From assembly GCA_951406725.2 (NCBI GenBank), contig OX597819.1, forward strand, positions 126,294,001 through 126,358,000: 64,000 bases of DNA, written 5' to 3'. The DNA is from Octopus vulgaris. Lineage: Eukaryota. The position numbers and the translations under genes are program-made. The notes below the pieces were generated by a model that was not told the origin of the DNA, searched no databases, and saw nothing but the letters and a program-made list of their open reading frames with translations. Below are positions 13,541-27,459 of this stretch, one piece after another (within the stretch, counting starts at the first letter, position 1; every line of letters starts with the position of its first letter).

Positions 13541-14013
13541 GTGCATGTTCGTGCGTGCGTATGTGTGTGTGTGTAAAACCCGAAAGCAACTGCGGCAGCA
13601 CATACATACATACATATATGTGTATGTATATATATTCCTCTGCGTGTGTGCATGTAGTTTCTATAGTAACTAGGTATGAAGTTAGCATTAAAAATGATAG
13701 TTACTAATAATATGTTTATCGGCAAATAATTCATATTCAGTTATAATGCTAAGTGGACAAAATATATATAAAAAAATACTATCCTTCGACTGCTCTCCAA
13801 ATTGGAGAGGACTCGAAAGACTGGGGTTTTAAGCAAAAATTCCTCCAACCTATTAAATTCATGTTGAGTGATAAGTATAGAAAAATATACACTCACACCG
13901 AATCACATTTATATACCCCTCCCATACACACATTTCGGTGTGTATGTATATACGTATGCAATTACAGACGCATTTTTGTAAATATGTATGCGTATGATTA
14001 TGATATAGAAATC

Positions 14014-14044
<31 letters not shown>

Positions 14045-14366
14045 TATTGTGTATGTTTGTGTGTGTGTATATATAGATACACACATTCATATATGTATGT
14101 ACTTCTGTGCAATGGTTTGTGTGTGTGTGTGTGTGCGTGTACTGATAATCACCTATCATAAATGCGTACACCTGTAAATATATTAACATATATGTTGGTA
14201 CATATGCAAATATATGAATGTATATAATACATATACTTGCACATATATATATATACATACTTATCTATACGTAGATACACATATACATGCATGTGTACAT
14301 ACACGCCCATACATGCAAACATATATACGCATAGATGTCTATACATGCGTATCTATGTATATATGT

Positions 14367-14471
<105 letters not shown>

Positions 14472-14751
14472 AACGCACAAACATATAGCAGTATTTATGT
14501 ATGTATCTTGAACGCTGTCCAAATCATTTACCAGAGATTTTATTTCTATCGATGAGAAGAATTACCCATCAAAAAAGGGAAGGAAGGAGGCCTATGATGA
14601 CCTAGAGTGGCTCTTCCAATATCCTCTTTCTAGCTTCTATCGGGTTCCGGTTTGACTTTAGTCTTTCATATGTCACTTCCTGTCCAGTAAATCCAAGTGT
14701 TTAATCTCTATAATTTACTCTTTACATTATTACATCCTCTTCATCGAACAA

Positions 14752-15108
<357 letters not shown>

Positions 15109-15686
15109 AACACCGGCTCCTTCTTTCTTCCTCTCCCCTCCATCTCATTCTCACCCTCCTCATCATCGTCGTCATCATTTACGTTTTTTGAACAGAAACT
15201 TTTAGAATTTGCTCTGATTTCATGCTACACACCAATACTAACATACATAGACACATTTTTATGCGCCATCAACGAAGCAAATGACGTATTTGTGTAACAT
15301 ACGATCTGAAATAAAAACCTCGCTTCCCAAACTTCTGTCCGACGTTTTGTCCTTTGTAAGGAACTTGGTAGGACCAGATCTTGCATTATATCTCTTTAAA
15401 CAAGATGGTTTTTTGTGAGTAGATTTCATATGGTTAACGTTATTCACATTCGCTCATCCTTTCGCTTCTAGTTCCTCTTCGCATCTCCATCCCACAACAA
15501 AACTACTCCCCAAATTCAAACGTGTCCAAGAAGAGAGTGATTGGCTGCATGACGTACAAGAAATACTTAGCAAATACTTTCAAAGATCACACTGCTGTCA
15601 TTTAAAACAGAAGGATACGTTACCTAGTGTGGTCTTTGATTCTTTTCAAGGCTATATATCAAAACTAAAGAGAATGCATACACGTT

Positions 15687-15772
<86 letters not shown>

Positions 15773-15820
15773 AGAGCGAGCTCCGCCGGCTTGCATACGA
15801 AAAATAAAATTAAATAAAAT

Positions 15821-15878
<58 letters not shown>

Positions 15879-15902
15879 CATATACATACATACATACATA
15901 CA

Positions 15903-15933
<31 letters not shown>

Positions 15934-16086
15934 TTATATTTAATTTTATTTGTTAGGGAATAAAAATTCCGGCATGACAAGGGTTCAAATTATTCTCAAT
16001 GAAGAAATATATATTTTCATTTAGAAATAGCAGGCCTCTTCATCTCACCATATAAAAAAGAATTTTTATTTTAAATACCTACTACT

Positions 16087-16197
16087 TTATAACTTGGCTA
16101 CACGTGTTTCATGAGGTACATTTCCCGGTTCCTAAACCACTCCGTGTTTAGCTGGGACCCTTCTTAAAATGTAACCCCAATCATCAGGCCCTTATAT
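16087..16197 (-). ncRNA. Type-I hammerhead motif with long, branched stem II
   Basis: RC: tataag-ggc CTGATGA ttggggttacattt...aaatgtacctcat GAAAC acgt GTA gcc-aagttata; palindromic stem III ACACGTGT. Confidence 0.65.
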
Positions 16198-16340
16198 CAC
16201 TTTATCATCGTTCAACACTATACACTATATTATAATTTTTTTTAAACCCATAAGTATGTGTAAAATAGGTACGTGTAAATTAGGTTCGCTGGACCCTACA
16301 GTACAAGCCATAATTCATATATATATATATATATATATAT

Positions 16341-16572
16341 TTCGGTCTTTCAATATGTGACCTCGTGAGTACCACTGGCGATTTTTTTCCTCTGTCTTCC
16401 CTTCTCTGGATCTTTCCTTCTCCTATGTTTCCGACGAAGAGCTCCGCTCGAAACGTTAACCCCTCCTTCTTCCCTTCTTTCCTGAGCGTCCAATAATACT
16501 TTATTTGTTCCACGTCCTCGCGTTGTTGTGTTTTTTTGTATTTTTGTGTTTTCTTGTTTGGATTAACTTTAT
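16341..16572 (+). mobile_element. PLE terminal-repeat (pLTR) fragment in (TA)n with minimal hammerhead remnant (16426-16460)
   Basis: cCGACGA-a-gagc-tcc-gctc-GAAAC-GTT; homologous to 39650-39830 and to 63350-63458 (-). Confidence 0.65.
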
Positions 16573-16577
16573 ATAAA

Positions 16578-16679
<102 letters not shown>

Positions 16680-17058
16680 AGAGAGCGAGAGGGGAGACTG
16701 AGACAGATAAATATATAGATAATTATATTGGTGCTTACGCCAAGAGGAATAGTTTGTGCTATAAAAGTATAGTTACATGGGTAATGTGTTGCTAAAGCTT
16801 CACATGTCGTTCGACTGAATCCCTCATTGCTAATCTCAAGATAAATGTAAAGAATAAAACATGAAATTTATTATTTAAATAGCTTTTCTGAACAGCGAGG
16901 AAAGCTCCAGCTGGTGGAAAGAAGGTTACAAATGAATATTGGCTGACAAAGTGTTATGCTTGTTTATTGTTTGAAAAAATTAAAGTAAAACATTTGCATC
17001 AGCACAATAAAAATATAAAGAAATAACACGGTGAAAATCGTTTGCACAAAGAAATGTA

Positions 17059-17482
17059 TATTTCTTTACTACCCACAAGGGGCTAAACATAGAAGGGACA
17101 AACAAGGACAGACAAAGGGATTAAGTCGATTACATCGACCCCAGTGCGTAATTGGTACTTATTTAATCGACCCCGAAAGGATGAAAGGCAAAGTCGACCT
17201 CGGCGGAATTTGAACTCAGAACGTAGCGGCAGAGGAAATACCTATTTCTTTACTACCCACAAGGGGCTAAACACAGGGGTGGGGGGGGGACAAACAAGGA
17301 CAGACAAACGGATTAAGTCGATTACATCGACCCCAGTGCGAAACTGGTACTTTATTTATCGACCCCAAAAGGATGAAAGGCAAAGTCGACCTCGGCGGAA
17401 TTTGAACTCAGAACGTAACGACAGACGAAATACCGCTAAGCATTTCGCCCGGCGCGCTAATGTGTCTGCCAGCTCGCCGCCT
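17059..17482 (-). mobile_element. SINE-B head-to-tail dimer
   Basis: Two body units, one head; junction GAAATACC|TATTTCTTT; flanked by CACAAAGAAAT direct repeat. Confidence 0.9.
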
Positions 17483-18647
17483 TATCCACAAAGAAATATA
17501 TCTTTGAAAAAGTGCCTATTGCAGATACATACGAGTAAGAAAAATAAACCTAAACATTTAATGAAGTAACTAGTCATCTATTGATTCTTCTTTGCGGATG
17601 GCATACAAGAATCAATAAATTCAGATTTATAAAAATGCAATTGTCAATTTGAGTTACGACAGCGATTTTCTCATATAAGCAGAGCTCATATACTACATCT
17701 GTTTTAACAGCGGTAGATCTTGTATACTTGATTGAATAACTGTACATTTATCAGACCGTGTTGTTTCACCTTTCAGGTTTTCTAAAAGTTTTGTCATGTT
17801 GGTAGTATTTTGTTTTAAAAGAATTTCTCGTGAACTATTGGCAATATTTAAAAGGAATAGACTGTAGCATCGTAGACTAAACCTTTCGAAAGACATTTCC
17901 TGTTATGAGTCAGTCACTAGAAGTGTTGTAATTACACGAGACTGTACTATTCGTGGTGGATTAAGTAGTCATTTCTCATGTAGTAACTAACATTATAGCT
18001 AAATACAAAGTTAAAATAAACCGTTCTTTGACTTATTTTCATACTTCAACACCTTAGTTGAACTCAAGTAGGGGATTTTGTCTGGGAAATCGCTAGGGAG
18101 CAGGGTTTCGTTATGTGCATATGTGGACGGGCATCTTTTTATGTATATACATACACTAAGTTATAGAGCAATAGAAGAATTAGATAAAGATAGCTATGTA
18201 GAAAGAGATGGGGGAGAAAGAGAGAGGGAGAGAGAGAAAGGGAGAAAGAAAGAGAAAAGAATATGGGTTTAAACTTAGTATTCGTATATTTTGTCAATTA
18301 CATGAATTTTAATATTTGGTAATAAATGATGTGAAGACTATAAATTCAATCCCTAGATTCACTTCGTAAGTCAAGAATGCATAATCGAGACCGGACACTT
18401 CTTCGGACATACGAGAAATACAAGCCACAGACATGCAGTTACCTCATCTGGTTGGTGACTGACACTGACGTTTTATTTTTACCAGCATTTGTGGTTAGGG
18501 AGGCCTAACCATAATAAACTACGAAGGATACCAAGAATCCATAAAAACATCAATACGCGGTAATGATCAATGGAGAACAGATATATTTTATAGATTTAAT
18601 GCTTTAACAAAGAAATTCTGCATTCAGCAATTCAGGAGGTGTTTCAC

Positions 18648-18698
<51 letters not shown>

Positions 18699-18912
18699 TA
18701 ACATAGAGAAAACTCAGAGAATCTAACCTACATATTTCTCTGCACGTGTATGTTTTTTGACCTAATATAAGCAGATGAACCACACACAAACACTCACACA
18801 ATCATGTATTGGTCTGCCTGATCTGTCTTAGTCTGTTTATGTGTCTGTTTATACCCATGTATGTGTGTGTGTGCGTGTATCTGTGTGTGTATAGACATAC
18901 ATGCATACATAC

Positions 18913-18947
<35 letters not shown>

Positions 18948-19038
18948 AGTGTCTATCTAACACAGCGGTGATATATATATATATATATATACATACACAT
19001 AATACATACATCCATATATACATACATACATACATATA

Positions 19039-19083
<45 letters not shown>

Positions 19084-19144
19084 GTATATAAATAACTCTT
19101 AGTCTACTTATATGTATGCGGGCGTTTGTGCGGATGTGTGTATG

Positions 19145-19184
<40 letters not shown>

Positions 19185-19576
19185 TATAAATGTATATATA
19201 ACTCTTAGTCTACTTCTATGTGTGCGGGTGTTTGTGCGTATGTGTGTCTGTATGTCTACACGTCTGCTCTTAAGTATATGTGTGAATCATAGCTGGCTGT
19301 GTAACGATTCGGATGACTGGTTACCGACAAAATTCACATCTAAGTGACATACTCTCATTACAATGGGTAGTAGACAATAATGGTAGCAACTGAGGCCTAC
19401 TTTGGTTACACCGCGTTAGACGTGCGGCCCTATATAAACATGGTTCGTGACATCGACGCCCAAACACTCAGGATATTGCGATGGGATATTGTTGAATTCG
19501 TTGTTGTCAATGTACATCACGATAAAGTTTGTCGTAATAAAAATGACAACAGCAAAAATAATAATGATTAATAATA

Positions 19577-19780
19577 ATCCTTTCTACTAAAGGCACAATT
19601 GCCTGAAATTTGTGGGGAAGGGGATAGTTTATTACATCAACCCCCAGTGTTTCGCTAATACTTGATTTATCGACCCCTAAAGGAGGAAAGGCAAAGTCGA
19701 CTTCAAGCGGAATTAGAACTCAGAACGTGAAGACGTATGAGATACGCTCGGTGTGTTAACAAGTCTGTCAATTCGCCGCG
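19577..19780 (-). mobile_element. Diverged SINE-B (tail variant 2)
   Basis: TTATCGACCCC..AAAGGCAAAGTCGAC..GAACTCAGAACGT. Confidence 0.75.
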
Positions 19781-20934
19781 TAATCAACACCGCCACCGCC
19801 ACCACCGCCACCACCACCACCACTATGTATATTGTTCCGCTTTTCGTTTCCCTTTTTTCCATCTTTCATCATTATTCTGTTTTTCCACACTGATACATTG
19901 TTTACTGCTTCAGAAAGGGTCTGAGATGAAGTTGACTTATTAATATTGACTTTTACTATAGGCATGAAATAGGCCTTATGGTCTGAAATATTTTCTTTGT
20001 GAAGGAGTGGCTGTTCGGATAATCAATTCAATCAAATCAAATACTTGACTGATACTTTATTTTCTCGTCCTCGGGAGGTTGATAGACGAAGTTCATCCCC
20101 CTAAAAGCTTGAACTCAGAACTTGAATAGGTTTTTGAACTGAGATGGCCACTTAAAACATAAAAGATCTTTCAGAACATAAAAATGTATTCAATACATAA
20201 ACCCAGAATGTAAAAGACCGCAAAGCATTTTGCCCAACGCTATAACGAAATTCCGAGTCCACCGCCAGTAAATTCCAAAATAACATTGTTTCCTCCTCTT
20301 GTTTTTTCGGTTTCTTTTTCTTTTCTACAAAATGAAAAAATGAAAATAGAAAGAAGAAAAGAAACAGGTTGTCCATCCCGAATAAGTTTTGTCTAAAACA
20401 CCTCTGCAAAAATGTCCGAATTTTTCCCCGGACTTCTTCGGCATCGAAAAATAGAAAGTAATACACACCTGACACTTTATAAATTTTTGTTTTCCTAAAC
20501 CAAACTGTATCCATTATTCAATCGCGTGACCTGTTTTCTTGTCACGAGGTTATAATTAATTTGCCGCGTCATAAATGTCTCAGCATATAGAAAACGTATA
20601 CTATTTCTTAGTTCTCCGTGTCAAGTTTAAAGGTTTTAATTCAGCGTTCGAACTCACTTAGCAAACTTGACTTGTTGTAGATTTATCTTTCTTCCTCCAG
20701 AGCCAACAAAGGATACTCTCTATGATCTTTCGCTCTGCTACAGTTAGCAGACAAATTTCTCTCAAATTATGCCCTGTTATCTTGGAAAAAAAGTGGGGTG
20801 GACACTGGTTCTCAGTTTTTGAAATCAACACAGGCAGGGTAAGGTTTAGCCATAGGTCTGCACAGGATTTTAACTAAGTAAGCACCACGCACACAAAAGA
20901 GGCTTCAGTTTACATGATAAATGTCAGTGTAATA

Positions 20935-21306
20935 TCTATATATATAAACGGCAAAATGTCTGTCTGTGTGTGTATGTGTATCCTTTATACAAATCCACAA
21001 TTTTTCAGTTAGAGGGCTCGCACTTTCTATGGTCATTCAAAACCGTCCGAGGGTGGTCGTGCACATCTTTACATTTCCCCAGTCATCCCGCAAAGCCATT
21101 AAAAGATCAATAGAAGTGACTTTTTTGTGAATTTTCTATCCAAAACCCAATCAAAATGCCCAAAACTTGATACGCCAATTGAATGCTAGCTAGCTGTACG
21201 TGAATGGTCATAGATTTGGACAGTACTCGCGTGTATGTGCGCACGCACGCAGCTGTATATGCATGCACTAGCTCTATGACCCGGCGTTGCCAGGTCATAG
21301 TGCTAG
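20935..21306 (+). mobile_element. Non-autonomous Helitron, complete termini
   Basis: A|TC 5' end (TCTATATATATAAA), subterminal hairpin TGACCCGGC-GTT-GCCAGGTCA, 3' CTAG|T. Confidence 0.85.
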
Positions 21307-22013
21307 TATCTAATATGCCTGTATCCTAGTAGTAATTTGTATTCTTCACGTGTAAAACTCGAAATATAAAATAACTTACTCTATATCTCAGAAGACGTAA
21401 TCAACATGTAGATTTAAACTTGATATTTCGATTAAATCTCAGATAGATTAATGAAAAGGACATTAGGTAATCTACACTTTGACTTGATCTCTTCCCACTC
21501 CCCATAATTGTCATAATCACGGTGAGAAGGTCTTTAATCGTAAGTCTGCGCGATCAAGGCAACATACAACGACAATTATTATTACGATAAAAATGTCCAC
21601 CAGGAGAGCTCAATTATTTATTCCGGAAGTAAACGTTGTGAGTCGGCAGAAAAGGCAGAGTATTTAGTTTCATATTTTTTTTATATAATACTGCAAAACT
21701 ATGAGATTCATATTGTCATATTGTCTCACTCCTTTATCTTTGATTGACTGATAAAAAAAAACAAACAAGAATACGGTGAATATATTGAGTTAATTATGTT
21801 CTTCTCTACAACGCAGAAGAAGTCTTCTATAGTTGAGCGCTAATTGCCAGAAAGAGAAGACAAAGCTTCCGTAATAGCATCCTCTACCCACACCCCATCA
21901 TAAGAGCAGATTGAATAATTTACACCTGAAAAAAGATGGTACAGATACGACTGGAATGTTTCTGAAAACAGATCTATTTGGTAGGCTAAACCTGCGGTTA
22001 ACAACAACCACAG

Positions 22014-22053
<40 letters not shown>

Positions 22054-22066
22054 AGTAGCAGCAGCA

Positions 22067-22497
22067 GTGGAGGCGCAATGGCCCAGTGGTTAGGGCAGCG
22101 GACTCGCGGTCGGAGGATCACGGTTTCGATTCCCAGACCGGGCGTTGTGTGTGTTTATTGAACGAAAACACCTAAAGCTCCACGAGGCTCCGGCAGGGGG
22201 TGGTGGCGACCCTGTTGTACTCTTTCGCTCCAACTTTCTCTCACTCTTTCTTCCTGTTTCTTGTCCCCGACTTCCTACGCAACCGCTGAGCCTGGATGCG
22301 CATTCATCCATCCGTCGATGCTCTCGGTGTCGGGGCTTGACCTGCTTTCTCTTCTGCGGGTCTTACGAAGAGCAAAGGACCACGTTTCGGACTTCTCCTA
22401 TCTTGTAAGCTCTGAGACAAAGACCGTTCGCTCAACAGCATCAACAGCAGCTGCAGCAGTAGCAGCAGCAGCAGCAGCAGCAGCGGAAGCAGCAGCA
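22067..22497 (+). mobile_element. SINE-A head + tail type 1, ending in (CAG)n
   Basis: GTGGAGGCGCAATGGCCCAGTGGTTAGGGCAGCGGACTCG..GTTTCGATTCCC; collinear with 25701 and 54837. Confidence 0.92.
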
Positions 22498-22536
22498 TAA
22501 CTATACTTTGAAATATGCTAAGCTTAAGGAAAACAA

Positions 22537-22910
22537 GAGTGGAGGCGCAATGGCCCCCGGTTTCGATTCCCAGACCGGGCATTGTGAGTGTTTATTGAGC
22601 GAAAACACCTAAATCTCCACGAGGCTCCGGCAGGGATGGTGGTGATCCCTGCTGTACTCTTTCACCACAACTTTGTACCTGTTGTACAAAGTTTGTACCT
22701 GTTGTACAACCTGTTTCTGTTGTACCTGTATTTCAAAGGGCCGGCCTTGTCACTCTCTGTGTCACGCTGAATATCCCCGAGAACTACGTTAAGGGTACAC
22801 GTGTCTGTAGAGTGCTCAGCCACTTACACGTTAATTTCACGAGCAGGCTGTTCCGTTGATTCGGTTCAACCGGAACCCTCGTCGTCGTAACCGACGGAGT
22901 GCTTCCATCC
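22537..22910 (+). mobile_element. SINE-A (deleted head) + tail type 2
   Basis: TSD AAGGAAAACAA on both sides; tail collinear with 40401-40600 (-). Confidence 0.92.
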
Positions 22911-23631
22911 AAGGAAAACAAACTCAGTATTTATTGTTATAGCATCATGACAAAATGTCATAAGTATTCCTCAACACGCATTCTAATGACTGAAATAACT
23001 ACAAGATAAATAATATTTGTATGTGTGTATGTGTGTGAAGGCCATACAAAATTGTATTTCACATATTTAATAAAGTTTTTGCTACATTAAATGAAAATAG
23101 GCACCATTATGCACGATCAAATACTTTTTGTAAAACCAATTCATGTGGTCGCTTCTCATGAATCACCAACACCAGGAGAAAAAAAATAAATAAAAATGCA
23201 TGAGTGCACCGTAATTAATAGTTTAATAGATCTTCAAATATTGTTATTGCACATGCCGATTGTAAAAGAGGTATGATTTGCCTCTATGATTTGTTCCGCT
23301 CCAGTTATTTTACTACACAATAAATAACAAAGCGTATTGGTAGCTTATTAGGATCGGTGTGTATTACAATTCTGGATAAACATAAAATGCTTTATAAGTT
23401 TGAAACGAAAATATTACGATAATCACTATCCAGATTTTGTTTTTTACTCCTAAAATACACAATTCTACAAGTTAAAGTTACCCTTGATCTTACGTTGGGG
23501 TTATTTTAACACCAAGAATGATGATTTATTCATCTGACTGATATGGAAAACATAAATGAACAATTACTGATCTGCTTCTTTGATTGGCTTCTTTTTATCG
23601 TGTCTCTACCTCTTTTTTATCCAAACTACTA

Positions 23632-23945
23632 TGTTGTTGTTGTTGTTTGTTCCTTCTCGAGCCATCCCTGGTTCATAAGGGCCGGTTTCCCGGTTTCTTG
23701 GCGTATAGGTTCCCCACCTGGACGGGACGCCGGTCCATCGCAGGTGAGCTGCAAGATGCAGGAGGAAAGAGTGAGAGAAAGTTGTGGCGAAAGACTCAGC
23801 AGGAGTTCGCCATTAGCTTCTGTCGGAGCCGCGTGGAGCTTAGGTGTTTCGCTCGTAAACACACACATCGTCCGGTCTGAGATTCGAACCCACGATCCCT
23901 CGACCGCGAGTCCGCAGCTCTAACCACTAGGCCATGTGCCTCCAC
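23632..23945 (-). mobile_element. SINE-A-related head + tail type 4, (CAA)n end
   Basis: Collinear with 3381-3683; flanking AAA(C/G)TACTATG direct repeat. Confidence 0.9.
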
Positions 23946-24380
23946 AAAGTACTATGTGTATCATGGCTATTCGATTCATCATACGAAAAATGGGTCGTAG
24001 AAGTTTACGTGTGCTATTAAAACAAATGCAACTGTTTTATTTTGATGGAGTGCTTTCGGCAAAATTCATACAAAAAACCAGAAATATGAACCAAGTACTG
24101 TGATTTACATGTACTACTGTTTAGGTCATGGTTGGAGAGTGATCTCTTATCGGCCTTTTGTTGTTCCAATTGTTTCGCCCCATTTCTTGTTGACGATTGA
24201 ATATGGGTGCGTTCATAGCGTAGTTAGTATGTATAATGTTTTGTTTTGCTCATCAACACCTGGTGGCAGCGTTGGGCTAATGTCGTAACACGCGGCTAGC
24301 ATTAAGCATTTTTCAACCCGGTGTGGCCACTCTGTCTCCAGGTCTGACCACATGTGATTTTCATCGCGCACACACACACA

Positions 24381-24414
<34 letters not shown>

Positions 24415-24456
24415 CATATACATACACACGTGTGTTTATGTATATATATATATATA

Positions 24457-24568
24457 TTGGCCTGCTCGCTTAGCCACCGGGGTGGCATCATTCGAAGGCC
24501 TAATCAATGCGAACGCATTGTGACCAGCGATGTGTAACTACATCTGATGGACTGGTCGGTCACGTGGT

Positions 24569-24575
<7 letters not shown>
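24457..24575 (+). mobile_element. SINE-A tail type 3 only (5'-truncated)
   Basis: TTGGCCTGCTCGCTTAGCCA..GGTCGGTCACGTG; matches 62887-63005 (-). Confidence 0.85.
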
Positions 24576-24608
<33 letters not shown>

Positions 24609-24677
24609 TTATGCATGTATGTACGTATGTATGTATGTATGTATGTATGTACATGTATGTATATATATGTATGTATA

Positions 24678-24715
<38 letters not shown>

Positions 24716-24719
<4 letters not shown>

Positions 24720-24795
24720 CCCCAGGACGTAAACACACCAGGGTTGTCAAGCGATGTTGGGGGGACAAACCGCGATCCTACAGAGACACACATAC

Positions 24796-24839
<44 letters not shown>

Positions 24840-24997
24840 GATATAGATATATACGACGGGCTTCTTTCAGTTTCCGTCTACCAAATCCACCCGAGGCTAT
24901 AGCAGAAGACATTTGCCCAAGGTACCACACAGTTGGACTGAACCCGTGACCATGTGGTTGGTAATCAAGCCACTTACCACACAGCCACTCCTACGCC

Positions 24998-25053
<56 letters not shown>

Positions 25054-25065
25054 TATGTATATATG

Positions 25066-25130
<65 letters not shown>

Positions 25131-25143
25131 CATATATATATAC

Positions 25144-25184
<41 letters not shown>

Positions 25185-25361
25185 ATATATATATATATAT
25201 ATAGGCGTAGGAGTGGCTATGTGGTAAGTGGCTTGATTACCAACCACATGGTCACGGGTTCAGTCCCACTGTGTGGTACCTTGGGCAAATGTCTTCTGCT
25301 ATAGCCTCGGGTGGATTTGGTAGACGGAAACTGAAAGAAGCCCGTCGTATATATCTATATC

Positions 25362-25407
<46 letters not shown>

Positions 25408-25488
25408 GTATGTGTGTCTCTGTAGGATCGCGGTTTGTCCCCCCAACATCGCTTGACAACCCTGGTGTGTTTACGTCCTGGGGTCGAT
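24716..25488. repeat. Long inverted duplication of one SINE-C copy around a TA/TG/CA spacer
   Basis: Arms 24716-24999 and 25201-25488 are near-perfect reverse complements; ORF track gives the same peptide [38 protein letters not shown] on opposite strands. Confidence 0.95.
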
Positions 25489-25554
25489 TTGCTCGACTAA
25501 AGGCGGTGCTTGAGCATGGCCACAGTCAAATGACTGAGACAAGTAAAAGAGTAA

Positions 25555-25555
<1 letters not shown>
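25201..25555 (+). mobile_element. SINE-C with two internal deletions
   Basis: Head ATAGGCGTAGGAGTGGCT..GGGTTCAGTCCCA; tail ..GCATGGCCACAGTCAAATGACTGA. Confidence 0.9.
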
Positions 25556-25596
<41 letters not shown>

Positions 25597-25700
25597 CACC
25601 CAAATTTCAAGGATTTAACAAAAAGATAGCACGCGGAAAATTCGTAGCGCGAAATTGTTAGGATCTTTTAGACGTATATATATATACGACAGCTTCTTCA

Positions 25701-26073
25701 GTGGAGGCGCAATGGCCCAGTGGTTAGGGCAGCGGACTCGCGGTCGGAGGATCGCAGTTTCGATTCCCAGACCGGGCGTTGTGTGTGTTTATTGAGCGAA
25801 AACACCTAAAGCTCCATGAGGCTCCGGCAGGGCTTGGTGGTGACCCCTGTTGTACTCTTTCGTTCCAACTTTCTCTCACTCTTTCTTCCTGTTTCTTGTC
25901 CCCGATTTCCTACGCAACCGCTGAGCCTAGATACGCATTCATCCATCCGTCGATGCTCTCGGTGTCGTGGGTTGACCTGCTTTCTCTTCTGCGCGTCTTA
26001 CGAGGCGCGATCTTGCGAGCTCTGGGACGAAACCCAAACAGGACGAAGACCGCTTCGCTCAACAGACAAACAA
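25701..26073 (+). mobile_element. SINE-A + tail type 1, nested in a minus-strand SINE-C remnant (25680-26225)
   Basis: TSD ACAGCTTCTTCA at 25689-25700 and 26074-26085. Confidence 0.9.
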
Positions 26074-26646
26074 ACAGCTTCTTCAAGGTTCCGTCTACCA
26101 AATCCATTCATATGGCCTTGGTTGGCCCACGGGTGTAGTAGATGACACTTGCCGAAGGCACCACCAGTGGGAATATGGAACCACCATTGGGAACCTGGAA
26201 CCGTAGGGTTCTTACCAGATAGCCAGTGTATGTATGTATATATATATATACAAAAATCACATTAATATACATTCATATGTACGCATGCGTTACGCAAAGA
26301 AGCACACAGAGAAACACATACATTGAAATATATATCCCTTATATCTATTTAATATTTTGCACACACCTGTCCAATGTATCTTACCCTTGAATATGTTTTG
26401 AATATAGAAATGAATCACTTTGAATGGTGATAACAGCTGTTGGGCTTATACGTGTTATTAGAGCCATTGTCCTTCAGTTGTAAATTCTTTCAATGCTGTC
26501 ATTCTAATGTCATCTTTCTAAATTAATCATGTCAATATATTAATGTGTGTCTATGTGTTTGTGTATATATATATATATATATATATAATGTGTGTGTGTA
26601 CGTATATATGTGTGTGTGCGTGTGTGTGTGTATATATATATGTACA

Positions 26647-26695
<49 letters not shown>

Positions 26696-26716
26696 GTGTA
26701 TGTGTGTGTATATACA

Positions 26717-27370
26717 CATGATGGTCAGTTGAAAAGTTCAGAGCCTGACAAAGATACTTTATGGAATGTGACCAAATGAGTTTTGTTTTGCACCATAGTC
26801 CCCGTGCGGCCCACATCGGTGAAGAAGCTTTCATCCTGTTGCTTAAAATAAAAGCAACAGGTAGAAAAGTTAGCAACAGTGGTTATTACGTCATCATCAA
26901 TGCGATACCGCTTCTCAGTCAACTAGGGTTTTCTTATGTTGGGGGAACAGATGATAGTCAGATGGGGCCACATCAGGAGAAAAGGAAGTTGGTTAACCAA
27001 TAAAAAGCCACAACAGACATTGAAACAAAGAACTTATGTGCTGGAGCATTATCCTAATGAAACAAGACTTCTTATGTCAGTTTTCCTGGGTGTTTTATCT
27101 TCATAGCTATTTGTAAATACCTCAGCATAGTACTCTCCATTGGTGGTGTGGCCCTTTTGAAGATAGTCGATAAACTCAACACCTTTTGCATCCTCAAAAA
27201 CTGAGGCCGTCTTCTTCCCTGCGGATGAAACGATTTTGACTTTTAGGGAGGAGCTGATGAGGGAGGGGTATTTCCACTTCATGGATTGTCTCTTTATCTC
27301 TGGGTCAAAGTTATGAACCCAACACTCATCAAGGAAACCAGCTGGATTTGCCTGAAATAACGTCAAATTT
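26717..27370 (-). mobile_element. Mariner transposase pseudogene
   Basis: DECWVHNFDPEIKRQSMKWK..SAGKKTASVF..GVEFIDYLQKGHTTNGEYY; terminus matches 6556. Confidence 0.9.
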
Positions 27371-27459
27371 TCCTATGATCTGATCATAGATTTTTCTATG
27401 ATTGATCTTAGGAAGATCCTCTCGCTGTTCAAATGAGATTCTTGCTAATTCATTACAAA

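Noticed and set aside
19080-19250. Short tandem duplications inside TA/CA tracts (also 4778-4980, 6340-6425, 60600-60920)
   Set aside because: Ordinary microsatellite-mediated slippage duplications
22067-22145. tRNA gene
   Set aside because: A/B boxes are present but run into SINE bodies with tails and TSDs in many dispersed copies
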